The notes: generated by a model from the letters alone, not told the origin. A stretch of DNA of 64,000 nt from an uncultured Alphaproteobacteria bacterium (GCA_902515745.1 CABXWB010000007.1:15478-79477); one strand, 5' to 3'. Shown: positions 10,101 to 20,484, numbered from the stretch's first letter. A program made the numbers and translations.

Positions 10101-11119
10101 AAAAATTAAAAGGAGCATTAATTGGTTGTGGTTTCTTTGCTGAAAATCATATTTTAGCATGGAAAGAATTAAGAAATATAGACATAATATGTGTTTGTGA
10201 TTTAGATATAAAAAAAGCTAATAAATTTAAATCTAAATTTAATATTTTACATTCTTATTCATCTATAGAATTAATGTTAAAAAAACATAATATTGACTTT
10301 GTTGATGTTGTAACAACAATGGAAACACACTTAAATATTGGTAAAATTTTATCTAAGTATAAAATTCCAACTTCTATACAAAAGCCATTTGCAGAAAATT
10401 TATCAAATGCAAAAAAAATTGTTTCTTTATATAAAAAAAATAAAACACCGCTTATGGTTCATGAGAATTTTAGATGGCAAAGCCCTCTATTAAAATTAAA
10501 AGAAATTATAAATAAAGAGCAGTTAACTAAACCACATTATGCCAAGATATCTTTTAGACATGCAAATCCTGTTGGATATACCAATCAAACATATTTATAC
10601 GATTTAAAAGAGTATTTAACCTTAGACGTAGGAATCCATTTATTTGATTTAAGTAGATTTTTTATGGGAGAAGCAAAAAGTATTTATACAGTAAATCAAA
10701 ATACAAATAATAAATTTAAAGGTGAAACCGATTTTATATCCCTGATAAGAAATAAAAATAAAAGTATTACTATTGTTGATGCATCTATTTCTTCAATAAA
10801 AAAACCAGATAGATTTGCTCAAACACTAGTTAATTTAGAATTCTCTAACGGCTCAATTGATTTGGACTACAATTACAAAATTACTCTTCACAAAAAAAAT
10901 AAGAAGAAGATTTATGATGGAAAACCAAAGAAATATAAATGGATTTCAAAGCCTTGGGATCAAATTCAAGAAAGTGTAATTAATACGCACAAACATTTCA
11001 TTAATTCACTAATAAATAATATTGAACACGATACCAGTGGTGAAGATAACATAAAGAGTTTATCATTAGTCTTCAATTCATATAAATCTGATATACTAAG
11101 AAAAGAAATTAAAATTTAA
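10097..11119 (+). CDS. Gfo/Idh/MocA oxidoreductase, probable D-apiose dehydrogenase (ApsD-like)
   Basis: LKGALIGCGFFA, QKPFA, MVHENFRWQ and DVGIH; coupled (ATGA overlap) to the apnL-like gene. Confidence 0.7.
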   Translation: MKKLKGALIGCGFFAENHILAWKELRNIDIICVCDLDIKKANKFKSKFNILHSYSSIELMLKKHNIDFVDVVTTMETHLNIGKILSKYKIPTSIQKPFAENLSNAKKIVSLYKKNKTPLMVHENFRWQSPLLKLKEIINKEQLTKPHYAKISFRHANPVGYTNQTYLYDLKEYLTLDVGIHLFDLSRFFMGEAKSIYTVNQNTNNKFKGETDFISLIRNKNKSITIVDASISSIKKPDRFAQTLVNLEFSNGSIDLDYNYKITLHKKNKKKIYDGKPKKYKWISKPWDQIQESVINTHKHFINSLINNIEHDTSGEDNIKSLSLVFNSYKSDILRKEIKI

Positions 11120-11133
11120 TTTTTTGTTTAAGT

Positions 11134-13746
11134 TTAAATTGTAAATTTCGAGATTTCATCTCTAATTAATTTACTTAAGAGACTGTAACCAAGTACATTC
11201 ATGTGTAATGGATCTTCTGAATAAAATTTTTCAAAACCAGCATCAAGCATAGGAGAGCAAAGATCGATATAGCGCCATTGACTAAAATTCTTAATTTTGT
11301 TTTTTATTCGTTCATTTGCTTCTAAAATTGTATTTAAATAATTATTCCTGAATATACTTGGTTTTATGGATACAAAAAAACATAACGTATGAGGTAATTT
11401 TTCATTAACTTCAGAAGCAAATAATAAAAATTCACTTTCTAAATCTTCAGCACTCATTCCGCTACCTATATCATTATCACCAGCATAAAAAATCATCTTA
11501 TCAGGATTATTTGGAACTACTATTCTATTAAAATAGGTTCGGCATGATACTAAAGTGGATCCACCAAATCCTAAATTTAATAAACGATCAAATGATAAAT
11601 CTGTTTTTGCATTTTCCCAATCTCTAAATGTTGAACTTCCAAATAAGATTATTTGGTTATTTTTATATTGATCTGAATGTAATTTAATTTCTAATTCTCT
11701 CACATCTGCTTCAAATTCTTCTTCAATAGGGCTAACTAAATTTAAATTACTTACTATATCTTCATTATTAATTTTATTTTTTGACGCAGATTTTGCTAAC
11801 TCAACGGCTTCCTCAACATAAGTTTTAAAAGTTTTTCTATATTTAGATAAAAAATTTTCTAACTCTTTTTTATTTTTCATATCATTTACAAAATCTTTTA
11901 TTTTAATTGGCTCCTTAATAACTGCAGAATAAATTGTATCAGAAATTGAATAATCAAAATTGGCTAATGCAATTGGAACAAGAAGAGGTTCTGGTTTTAA
12001 TTGATCTGCTAATAAAAATGCCCCTGGCTTTAAAGGACCAGGGGAATTTGGAGTTAAATTATCTTCAGTTTCAGATGTGCCTTCTGGCGCAATAACTAAA
12101 GGTCTGTTTTGATCAAAAATATTTTGAGTTTCGATAAATAATTTACTTTTTCTCTTCTTTTTTTGGTCTTGAGTTTCATTTAAATAGTCTGACTCCGGCG
12201 TGTGAACAAAAATATAATCTAAATTCTCATAATAATTATATCTCCAAAATTCTGTATTTCTAGAATATCGAGCAATTCTTTGACCACCATCACCATATTT
12301 TGGAAATAAAATTTTTGCACTTATGAAATGACTATCTATACTAAATTGATGTCCATTAGCTAAACCATTTTCTTCAATGCTTGCTAAATGATTATAAAAA
12401 AATATGTTTGTAGGTTCATCAGGTAAATTCTCCATACCTTTAATAACATAAGGAACTTGGTCAAAAGCTTTTGTAAAATCTGAATTTGTTAATTTTTGTA
12501 ATGCTTGTTTATTTATTGAATCATATGAAGTTGCTACTCTGTTGTATATTTTATTTAGTTGTTTAAAAAATCTATTTTTTCTCTCCAAACCACTCAATGC
12601 ATCTATCATAAGACTAGCTATAGATTTTTCATCATCATTACCTGTAACAATTAAATCATAAATCGTATCAAATGCTAAAGAATGAGTTAAATGATTTTCT
12701 AACAAATGAGGAATTGTGTAAAGTTTTGAATTGCTTGGTATTTTTGAAGAATTATCTTCTAGTAAATATTTAAAAAACTCCTTTTCATTTTTAGCAGGAT
12801 ATGTTGTTAAACCAGTTGAGCTTTGAATATAACGACTTAATTGCCATAATTGTCTTTTAAAAAATTTTATAGCTAATTTTGGATTAGTTTTAATTAGATT
12901 ATCGATAAATTCGTTTGAAAATTTTAAAATTGTTGTATCTCGCGTAGATTTCAATGAGTAGGGTGATTCTATATCATGCAATCCTGATGATAATGATAAT
13001 GCCACTCCAGTTCTAGCTATTGATCTTGAATTATTTTCCAATTGATCATCTTTTAGATTTGTAAAAGAAGCTTCAACTTTCCCTTTTAACAATATATTTA
13101 TTCCATCAGATTTTGAACCTTCTAGAGTTATATATTCACCGGTAGAAAATAACCTAATATTTGCATAATTTATCAGTTCATCTAAATCATCATCATCTAG
13201 AAAAGCTAAAAATGCTGAATTCTTTATTCTTTTAGTGTTTACAATATCTCCACCAGTTTTAACACCTTCCGCTAAATTAATATTTTTTTGCTTTACGGAT
13301 TTTTCTAAGTTACGAGATGACCAGATTAAGTTAATTGATTCATATAATAAAAAGGAATAAAAAAAACTAGCATAGTCAGGATCTATCTCTTCTAACTCTT
13401 TTAATTTTTCTATTTTGATAGAAATATATTCTGAATTACCTTTAATAAATATATCTGACATATATCTACCTGGTGCATTTAATCCTGAAATACCAAGAGG
13501 TGATCCAACATTTTTTAATGTTGCTAACTTATAAAAAACATTATTATGATATTTTACGTATTCCGCTTCACCTTTTAAAAGAATAAATATTTGATCTGCA
13601 ATACCATGCTGCTCTACAATTTTGATGTCTTCAGTACTTTTGTGTAATTCTGTGCCTGAATTGATTAAATCTTCAGTATTTTTTTTTGGAGATAAAGAAA
13701 AACCTTTATCTACTAGTATTAAAGATATTTTTTCACTTAAATTCAT
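11134..13746 (-). CDS. Multidomain protein: 2 cNMP-binding domains + PlsC-like acyltransferase + SGNH hydrolase
   Basis: IVEQH..ADQIFILLKG and ITLEGSKSDGINILLKGKV cNMP folds; NHLASIEE / APEGT / LKPGAF acyltransferase blocks; GSST / GFGGS / GDND / DPLH SGNH blocks. Confidence 0.75.
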   Translation of the reverse strand: MNLSEKISLILVDKGFSLSPKKNTEDLINSGTELHKSTEDIKIVEQHGIADQIFILLKGEAEYVKYHNNVFYKLATLKNVGSPLGISGLNAPGRYMSDIFIKGNSEYISIKIEKLKELEEIDPDYASFFYSFLLYESINLIWSSRNLEKSVKQKNINLAEGVKTGGDIVNTKRIKNSAFLAFLDDDDLDELINYANIRLFSTGEYITLEGSKSDGINILLKGKVEASFTNLKDDQLENNSRSIARTGVALSLSSGLHDIESPYSLKSTRDTTILKFSNEFIDNLIKTNPKLAIKFFKRQLWQLSRYIQSSTGLTTYPAKNEKEFFKYLLEDNSSKIPSNSKLYTIPHLLENHLTHSLAFDTIYDLIVTGNDDEKSIASLMIDALSGLERKNRFFKQLNKIYNRVATSYDSINKQALQKLTNSDFTKAFDQVPYVIKGMENLPDEPTNIFFYNHLASIEENGLANGHQFSIDSHFISAKILFPKYGDGGQRIARYSRNTEFWRYNYYENLDYIFVHTPESDYLNETQDQKKKRKSKLFIETQNIFDQNRPLVIAPEGTSETEDNLTPNSPGPLKPGAFLLADQLKPEPLLVPIALANFDYSISDTIYSAVIKEPIKIKDFVNDMKNKKELENFLSKYRKTFKTYVEEAVELAKSASKNKINNEDIVSNLNLVSPIEEEFEADVRELEIKLHSDQYKNNQIILFGSSTFRDWENAKTDLSFDRLLNLGFGGSTLVSCRTYFNRIVVPNNPDKMIFYAGDNDIGSGMSAEDLESEFLLFASEVNEKLPHTLCFFVSIKPSIFRNNYLNTILEANERIKNKIKNFSQWRYIDLCSPMLDAGFEKFYSEDPLHMNVLGYSLLSKLIRDEISKFTI

Positions 13747-13794
13747 TAATTATCTAACTTAATAAATTTTCCTTTTTTTATAAAGAGAAAAATT

Positions 13795-14499
13795 TTATCT
13801 TCTTATAATTGACTTAAAAATATTAATAAAAGACAACAGTATTATTTTTAATCTAAATATACTTACAATTGATTGAGCTAAATATGTTAATGCAGCAGCT
13901 CTTAAAACAGATTTACATTGGTACATATTCTCTTTAGGAACATATCTTTTTAGTATTGGTAAAGCTCTCTTAAAACTTGCATCAAATTCTACTGGAAGAG
14001 TAATCATATGGATTAACACATTTGTAGATAAACATCCCATTATTATTATTGCAGCAATCAGAGTGATAAATGGACTTTTAGTGAAGGCAAATATCGATGG
14101 TAGTCCTATGATTAATAAAAATGAACCAATTCTCTGAAAGATCATTGTTTTTTCAATTAATGATTGTCTAAGGATAAGTGGCTTATATTTCTCTTTATCT
14201 TGAATTGCATGACCAATTTCATGAGCAACAACGGCTATACTTGTTATACTTTTTTTATCAAGTTTATCTGTAGCTATATGTATTTTTTTTTCTTTAGGAT
14301 TGTAATGATCCAGTTGTTGAATAGGATTAATTGATACATTGTTGATTTTCTCCTCTTCAAGTATTTTTTTTCCAAGTTCTCTCCCAGTAAAGGGCATATC
14401 AGGTAAAATTTTATTATATTTTTTTAAAATAAAATTTACCCATAAACTTGGTAGAAACAGTGCAATAAAGGGTAAAAAATAGTAAAATAATTTAATCAC
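13795..14499 (-). CDS. Membrane zinc metallopeptidase (YugP/Zn_peptidase_2)
   Basis: DHYNP, AHEIGHAIQD, TLPVEFDAS and AAALTY. Confidence 0.9.
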   Translation of the reverse strand: MIKLFYYFLPFIALFLPSLWVNFILKKYNKILPDMPFTGRELGKKILEEEKINNVSINPIQQLDHYNPKEKKIHIATDKLDKKSITSIAVVAHEIGHAIQDKEKYKPLILRQSLIEKTMIFQRIGSFLLIIGLPSIFAFTKSPFITLIAAIIIMGCLSTNVLIHMITLPVEFDASFKRALPILKRYVPKENMYQCKSVLRAAALTYLAQSIVSIFRLKIILLSFINIFKSIIRR

Positions 14500-14582
14500 A
14501 ATATAAAAATAGGAATAATATTATTAAAAATCAATTTTATTTAAACTAGTATTATTAACAATTATTAATTATTGCTTAAAAA

Positions 14583-15773
14583 GTGAAATCTAAATTTGAA
14601 AGAATTAATAGACTACCCCCATATATATTTGGAGAAATAAATTCGTTAAAAATGAAATTAAGATCAGAGGGTAGGGATATTATTGATTTTGGTATGGGCA
14701 ACCCTGATATGCCAACACCCCTTCACATAAGACAGAAATTAAAAGAAGTTATAGATAAGCCAGGTGTTGGACGTTATTCTGTTTCTAAAGGTATTAATGG
14801 ACTAAGAAAAGCTCAAGCTAATTATTATAAAAATCGATTTAATGTTGATTTAAATCCATCGAGTGAAGTTATTGTAACAATTGGTTCTAAAGAAGGTTTA
14901 GCAAATTTAGCACAAGCTATAACTTCAAGAGGTGATAGGATATTGTGCCCAGATCCGTCATATCCTGTTCATCCATATGGTTTTATGATTGCTGGTGCTA
15001 AATTAACACCTTTGAAAACATTTTTTAATGGACAGTTCGATAAAAATAAATTTTTATTAAATATAGTTAATAATTTAAAAAAATACTCTTCAATAAAAGT
15101 TATTATCGTTTCTTTTCCTTCAAATCCAACAGCTCAGATAGTTGATTTAGATTTTTATAAAGAATTAGTAAAAATTGCAAAAAAATATCAAGTTTATATT
15201 CTATCCGATTTAGCTTATTCTGAAATTTACTTTGGTAATAATCCGCCTCCATCAATATTAGAAGTTAATGGAGCAAAGAGCATGGCAGTTGAATTTACGA
15301 CCTTATCCAAAACTTATGCAATGGCAGGATGGAGAATAGGTTTTGCTGTTGGAAACAAAACCTTAATTGAAGCATTAACAAAAATTAAATCATATGTAGA
15401 CTATGGTGCTTTTACACCTGTTCAAGTAGCAGCTACTGCTGCTATTAATGGATCTCAAAAATGTGTAGAAGAAATAAGGGAGACTTATAAAAACAGAAGA
15501 GATGTTTTAATAGAATCTTTTGAAAGGGCTGGTTGGGATAAAATTCCAAAGCCTGAGGCATCAATGTTTGTATGGGCTCCATTACCAAAAAAATATAAAA
15601 AAATAGGTTCTATGAAGTTTGCCAAAAATTTAATGATAAACGCCGATGTTGCAGTAGCTCCTGGTTTGGCTTTTGGAAAAGGAGGGGAAGGTTTTGTTCG
15701 TATTGGTCTAGTAGAAAATACTCAAAGAATAAGACAAGCAGCAAAAAATATTAAAAGATATTTTAATACTTAA
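14583..15773 (+). CDS. PLP-dependent class I aminotransferase (AlaC / LL-DAP aminotransferase-like)
   Basis: DFGMGNPD, GSKEG, PSNPT, SDLAY and SKTYAMAGWRIG. Confidence 0.9.
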   Translation: MKSKFERINRLPPYIFGEINSLKMKLRSEGRDIIDFGMGNPDMPTPLHIRQKLKEVIDKPGVGRYSVSKGINGLRKAQANYYKNRFNVDLNPSSEVIVTIGSKEGLANLAQAITSRGDRILCPDPSYPVHPYGFMIAGAKLTPLKTFFNGQFDKNKFLLNIVNNLKKYSSIKVIIVSFPSNPTAQIVDLDFYKELVKIAKKYQVYILSDLAYSEIYFGNNPPPSILEVNGAKSMAVEFTTLSKTYAMAGWRIGFAVGNKTLIEALTKIKSYVDYGAFTPVQVAATAAINGSQKCVEEIRETYKNRRDVLIESFERAGWDKIPKPEASMFVWAPLPKKYKKIGSMKFAKNLMINADVAVAPGLAFGKGGEGFVRIGLVENTQRIRQAAKNIKRYFNT

Positions 15774-15781
15774 TATCAAAC

Positions 15782-16753
15782 TTATAAAATCTTAATATAA
15801 TGTGATAATTTTTCACCTGCATCCCAAGCATCACTTAGACTTTTTCCTAGAACCCAATCTCCACTTAAAAATATTTTATTATCTTTAGAATTTATCCAAT
15901 TTTTTTTGGAGATAGTATTATAACTGAATTTTGTTTGCGCATATAACCACCTGTGTGATTTAATAAAACTTATTTCATTCTTTATATCAAATGTTTCTTC
16001 AAATATTGATTGAGCATATTTTTCTAGTGCAATCTTGTCTATATCAATATTATTTTTTGTATATTCAGAACTCATATTTAATACCCAACAATCATGGGAT
16101 AATTCATTAAATTTTATATTTTGATTCATAAAGAAACTAATATCTTTATGAAGATTTAATCCAGCTTTAATATTAATGTTATTATTATCTTTATAGCATA
16201 ACATTACAGTATGTATGGGGTCATAAGATGGCTCGCTAACAATCTGAGTAAAATCAATAAAATTTTTTGAAAGTTCTTTTGATTGTAAGTAAGGTATACA
16301 AATTAAAACATAATTAAAATCTTTAAACTCTTCCTTTTCAGAAAATAATGAGAAGAGATCATTACTATTTTTTGAAATTTTAATTATTTTTGAACTTAAA
16401 TAACTTTTTACTTTAATATTATCAAAAATAGACTGTGGAATAGAATTCATTCCATTTTGACCAATAATAATTTTTTTTCTAGTCTTTTTATTTTTTAAAT
16501 AATCTGTTGCAAAATCTATGTCTATTACTCGTCCCGAATTATATCTACTTATTACTTCATTTAATTGATTTACAGAATGATTTGTCGATAGATAATGTGC
16601 ACCATGATCAAAAAGATAATTATCATGCTTTCTAGTAGAGACTCTTCCTCCTGGTCTCCATGACTTATCAAAAATTGTAATATTATGTTCTTGAAGATTA
16701 TAAGCAAGAGACAATCCAGTCATCCCAGCTCCAATTATTGCAATATTTTTCAC
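15782..16753 (-). CDS. Renalase-like FAD-dependent oxidoreductase
   Basis: IIGAGMTG, DKSWRPGGRVSTR, FDHGAHY, HRWLYA and GDW. Confidence 0.85.
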   Translation of the reverse strand: MKNIAIIGAGMTGLSLAYNLQEHNITIFDKSWRPGGRVSTRKHDNYLFDHGAHYLSTNHSVNQLNEVISRYNSGRVIDIDFATDYLKNKKTRKKIIIGQNGMNSIPQSIFDNIKVKSYLSSKIIKISKNSNDLFSLFSEKEEFKDFNYVLICIPYLQSKELSKNFIDFTQIVSEPSYDPIHTVMLCYKDNNNINIKAGLNLHKDISFFMNQNIKFNELSHDCWVLNMSSEYTKNNIDIDKIALEKYAQSIFEETFDIKNEISFIKSHRWLYAQTKFSYNTISKKNWINSKDNKIFLSGDWVLGKSLSDAWDAGEKLSHYIKIL

Positions 16754-16957
16754 TTAATTAATGTTAATTATTTGAAAATTTTTTTTAACCGAAGATTTAA
16801 TTTTTTTTAAACCAAATTTACTGCATAGATTTTTATATCTTTGTTTTGCAGGTAAATTAATTGTTTTAAAATGTATATTATCGTGACCAAACATCATTTT
16901 CTGACCATTAATTTCATATAATTTTTTATAAATACTAGATTTTCTTCTGATCACCAT
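16754..16957 (-). CDS. Small hypothetical protein
   Basis: 67-aa ORF abutting both neighbours on the same strand; no recognisable motif. Confidence 0.45.
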   Translation of the reverse strand: MVIRRKSSIYKKLYEINGQKMMFGHDNIHFKTINLPAKQRYKNLCSKFGLKKIKSSVKKNFQIININ

Positions 16958-16960
16958 AAT

Positions 16961-17044
16961 TTAATAGAAAAAATATATAGTTAAATTTAAAGCAGCAAAG
17001 ATAAATACTATCGCAATAGCTGCGTATAAGTTTCTCTTGTTCAT
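16961..17044 (-). CDS. Small single-TM protein, 27 aa (not in ORF track)
   Basis: MNKRNLYAAIAIVFIFAALNLTIYFFY*; fills the gap in a minus-strand gene run. Confidence 0.55.
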   Translation of the reverse strand: MNKRNLYAAIAIVFIFAALNLTIYFFY

Positions 17045-17088
17045 ATCTATTTATAGTTAAAATTATACTTAAAAGTCAAGATACTAAA

Positions 17089-17946
17089 TTAATTTAACAT
17101 TAATGATTTTAAAAAATCTAAGTTTTCAATTAATCGCCTTAATTCTTCTGGATCTAGTCCTTTTAAATTTTCTTTAAATAAATTTTGATAATCTAATGTA
17201 TCAATACGATCTGTATATATTTCTTTTAAAGAAATTGTATTTGAATTATCATAATCATAATTCCCAATTAATATCTTTGATAATGCAGGAAATATTAGTG
17301 ATGTAGTTGTGTAAGTTGCAAATCCTATGTCTCTATCTTCGTCTTGTCTTTTATCAATAAAAGTAAAATAAATAGCTATTCTTGCTGCACGTGTTAATTC
17401 TGCTATAGATAATTCATCATCTTGTGATACATCTAAAAAAGCAAAAGTTTCATTAATACAATTTGCAGGATTGCTATCATTATTACATGTTTCAATTAAT
17501 TGAGAATTCATTAAGTTAATAATTTCACCATAAATAATTTGAAAGACACTAGGTATAGATTCACATTTTTCATAAACAGAATAATCTGATGAATTTAAAA
17601 AAGAATAATCTATACCATCCCAATCATCAGGAGCAGTAATCTCAAGTAAATTTTCGCCATCTTTTTTTAAAAAATAATAATAACTTCCATCTAGTTCACC
17701 CCATTTGTAAGCAGACCAATCTTTTACCTTTGAAGTTTTTGATACATTAAATCCAACATATGTCTCATCAATCCACATACTTGTGTTATTTGATATTATG
17801 AATACTTGATATTCTGCATTACAATCATCACTCCAAATACCTTGCATATCTTTTGGAAAATTATTTTCAAATATTAATTCTGCATTGAGGTGAAATGGTA
17901 ATAATAAAAAAATACTAAAAATGAATTTTACTAAATTATTCTTCAT
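17089..17946 (-). CDS. Secreted protein with two EF-hand-like loops
   Basis: Signal peptide; DVSQDDELSIAE and DYDNSNTISLKE. Confidence 0.65.
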   Translation of the reverse strand: MKNNLVKFIFSIFLLLPFHLNAELIFENNFPKDMQGIWSDDCNAEYQVFIISNNTSMWIDETYVGFNVSKTSKVKDWSAYKWGELDGSYYYFLKKDGENLLEITAPDDWDGIDYSFLNSSDYSVYEKCESIPSVFQIIYGEIINLMNSQLIETCNNDSNPANCINETFAFLDVSQDDELSIAELTRAARIAIYFTFIDKRQDEDRDIGFATYTTTSLIFPALSKILIGNYDYDNSNTISLKEIYTDRIDTLDYQNLFKENLKGLDPEELRRLIENLDFLKSLMLN

Positions 17947-18445
17947 AGGGTATAACTCTTATTACATCTCCGTAGATAATTACAACTCTTTGACCATTTG
18001 GAAGAGCATTATCATCTCCTTGTACAAAAGCTTTTTCTTGATCATTTTGGCAATTAGAAATGTCATTACCACATTCATCAATATTCACTATATATTGGAA
18101 GCCATCATGATTACCAATTTTAGCTTGTATTACCGAGCCCATAGCAGCTCCCCCAATAGTTCCATATACTATAGCAATATCTTGACATTTGGTTCCTAAT
18201 ATTTCTTCTTCTCCACATATTTGAGATGCTAAAAGACCTCCTATCATTGCTCCAGCAGTTGCTCCAATCCAATCACTTTCACCTTCAATTTTTACTGGAA
18301 GAGAGGTTTTGATTGTTCCATATTCAATATTAGTTACTTTTTGTGCATCAGATTTTTTTACCTTATTTGAAGATGTGGTATTACAAGAGATTAGTGCAAA
18401 ACTAATTATAAGGGGAATTACCAATAATTTTATTAATTTGGTCAT
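17936..18445 (-). CDS. SlyB/Pcp-like glycine-zipper outer membrane lipoprotein
   Basis: Lipobox LISC; GATAGAMIGG and GTIGGAAMG zipper; C-terminal VQG...GQRV..IYG...RV. Confidence 0.8.
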   Translation of the reverse strand: MTKLIKLLVIPLIISFALISCNTTSSNKVKKSDAQKVTNIEYGTIKTSLPVKIEGESDWIGATAGAMIGGLLASQICGEEEILGTKCQDIAIVYGTIGGAAMGSVIQAKIGNHDGFQYIVNIDECGNDISNCQNDQEKAFVQGDDNALPNGQRVVIIYGDVIRVIPYEE

Positions 18446-18541
18446 TAATATATAAATTATTATAGTTAAAAATTGTCTAAAATATGCAATTAATTTTAAT
18501 AAATCATATAAATTTTCTAATAACTTACTATTTAAACATTC

Positions 18542-20020
18542 ATGAAAAGTTTATTTTTAATCCTTGGAAATCAATTATTCCCACATAAACACCTAAGTAA
18601 ATATAAAGACTCAACAATTTTTATGTGTGAAAGCTTTGATCTTTGTACTTTTCAAAAACATCATAAATTAAAACTCATTCTTTTTCTTTCCTCAATGAGA
18701 TCTTATGCTGATGAATTAAAAAAAAATAAATTTAAAGTAAATTATATTGATTTAAAAAAGGATTTTAAAACATCCTATGAAAAAAAATTAGAAAATTTTA
18801 TAAAAAAAAATAAATTTGAAGAATTAACTTCTTTTGAAATTGAAGATAAATTTTTTGAAGAAAAAATAAGCACCTTGTGTAAAAAAAATAAGATTAAATT
18901 AACTTTTATACAATCACCCATGTTTTTAAATTCAAGAGATGAATTTAAAAATTATTTAAGTAAAACAAAAAAACCATTTATGGCAAATTTTTATAAAATT
19001 GCCCGTGCAAAAATTGATATTTTGATGGAAAACAATAAGCCCAAAGGTGGAAAATGGAGCTTTGATGAAGATAATAGAAAAAAACTCCCTAAAGATATTA
19101 AAATACCAGAAATGATTACTGCAAAAGAAACAAAGCATACAAAAGTTTTAAAACAACAAATAAACACAATTTTTAAAAATCACCCAGGCCAAGTTGATAA
19201 TTTTTGGCTACCTACAACTTATGATGATGCTGTTAAATGGTTAGATTATTTTATTATTAAAAAATTTAATTTATTCGGTGATTACGAAGATGCAGTTGAT
19301 ACTAATAATAACATTTTATTCCATAGTGCTCTAAGCCCCATGATTAATTTAGGTTTATTAACACCAGAACTTATAATTGAAAGAGTTAAAAAAGTTGAAA
19401 ATAAAATTAAAATTAACTCTTATGAAGGCTATATCAGGCAAATTATTGGATGGAGAGAATTCATTAGAGGAATATACCAAAATTATGATCAACAATTAGA
19501 AAAAAATAATTTCTTTCGACATAAAAATTCTCTTACTAAAAAATGGTATGACGGTACAACTGGATTAGATCCTTTAGATCACTCAATCAAAAATGCTCAA
19601 AAATATGGGTACACCCATCATATTGAGAGACTAATGGTTTTATGTAATATTATGAACTTATGTGAAATTAAACCTAATGAAGTTTATAATTGGTTTATGG
19701 AAATGTTTGTAGATAGCTCTGATTGGGTAATGTCACCTAATGTTTATGGTATGGGATTGTTTAGTGATGGAGGTATATTTAGTACCAAACCTTATATTTG
19801 TGGTTCAAGTTATTTTATGAAAATGATGAATTTTAAAAGGGGTGATTGGAATGATATTATGGATGGATTGTATTGGCGTTTTATTAATAAAAATAGAAAA
19901 TTTTTTCAATCTAATCCACGTTTAAATATGATGGTTAATATCTATGATAAAATGAATACAGAAAGGAAAAATCATATAATAAAGAAAGCAAATCAGTTTA
20001 TTCATGATAATACCAATTAA
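18542..20020 (+). CDS. Prokaryotic (6-4) photolyase / cryptochrome, PhrB-like family lacking Fe-S cysteines
   Basis: LILGNQLF, GGKWSFDEDNR, RQIIGWREF, HHIERLM, DWVMSPNVYGM and KPY. Confidence 0.85.
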   Translation: MKSLFLILGNQLFPHKHLSKYKDSTIFMCESFDLCTFQKHHKLKLILFLSSMRSYADELKKNKFKVNYIDLKKDFKTSYEKKLENFIKKNKFEELTSFEIEDKFFEEKISTLCKKNKIKLTFIQSPMFLNSRDEFKNYLSKTKKPFMANFYKIARAKIDILMENNKPKGGKWSFDEDNRKKLPKDIKIPEMITAKETKHTKVLKQQINTIFKNHPGQVDNFWLPTTYDDAVKWLDYFIIKKFNLFGDYEDAVDTNNNILFHSALSPMINLGLLTPELIIERVKKVENKIKINSYEGYIRQIIGWREFIRGIYQNYDQQLEKNNFFRHKNSLTKKWYDGTTGLDPLDHSIKNAQKYGYTHHIERLMVLCNIMNLCEIKPNEVYNWFMEMFVDSSDWVMSPNVYGMGLFSDGGIFSTKPYICGSSYFMKMMNFKRGDWNDIMDGLYWRFINKNRKFFQSNPRLNMMVNIYDKMNTERKNHIIKKANQFIHDNTN

Positions 20021-20397
20021 TGGATAAATTTGATGTTGTTGCAGCAATAATAATAAAAAATGGTAAATATTTTATTGCGCAAAGAAATAGAAATAAACAT
20101 ATGGGATTAAGTTGGGAGTTTCCAGGTGGAAAAGTGGAAAAAGAGGAAACTTTTGAAATTGCGCTTAAAAGAGAAATAAAAGAAGAACTTAATATAGAAA
20201 TAAATATTAAAAATAAATTAGGTGAAGAAAATTATCAAGATGACAAAATAAATGTAAAATTGCATTATTTTATATGCTCTCATTTTAATGGTGAAATTAT
20301 TTTGAGTGAACACGAAGACTCAGCTTGGATTACAAAAAATGAATTTAAAAATTATAATTTTGCTGAAGGTGATAGTGATATTATAAAGTTATTATAA
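20020..20397 (+). CDS. MutT-like NUDIX hydrolase
   Basis: Nudix box WEFPGGKVEKEETFEIALKREIKEEL. Confidence 0.9.
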   Translation: MDKFDVVAAIIIKNGKYFIAQRNRNKHMGLSWEFPGGKVEKEETFEIALKREIKEELNIEINIKNKLGEENYQDDKINVKLHYFICSHFNGEIILSEHEDSAWITKNEFKNYNFAEGDSDIIKLL

Positions 20398-20484
20398 GAC
20401 TAATTTTAAAATCCTCTAAATCCTTAATTTTTCTACTATTTTTTTCAAAAATTTTATTTTCTTTTATTTTAGTGATAAAGACCA

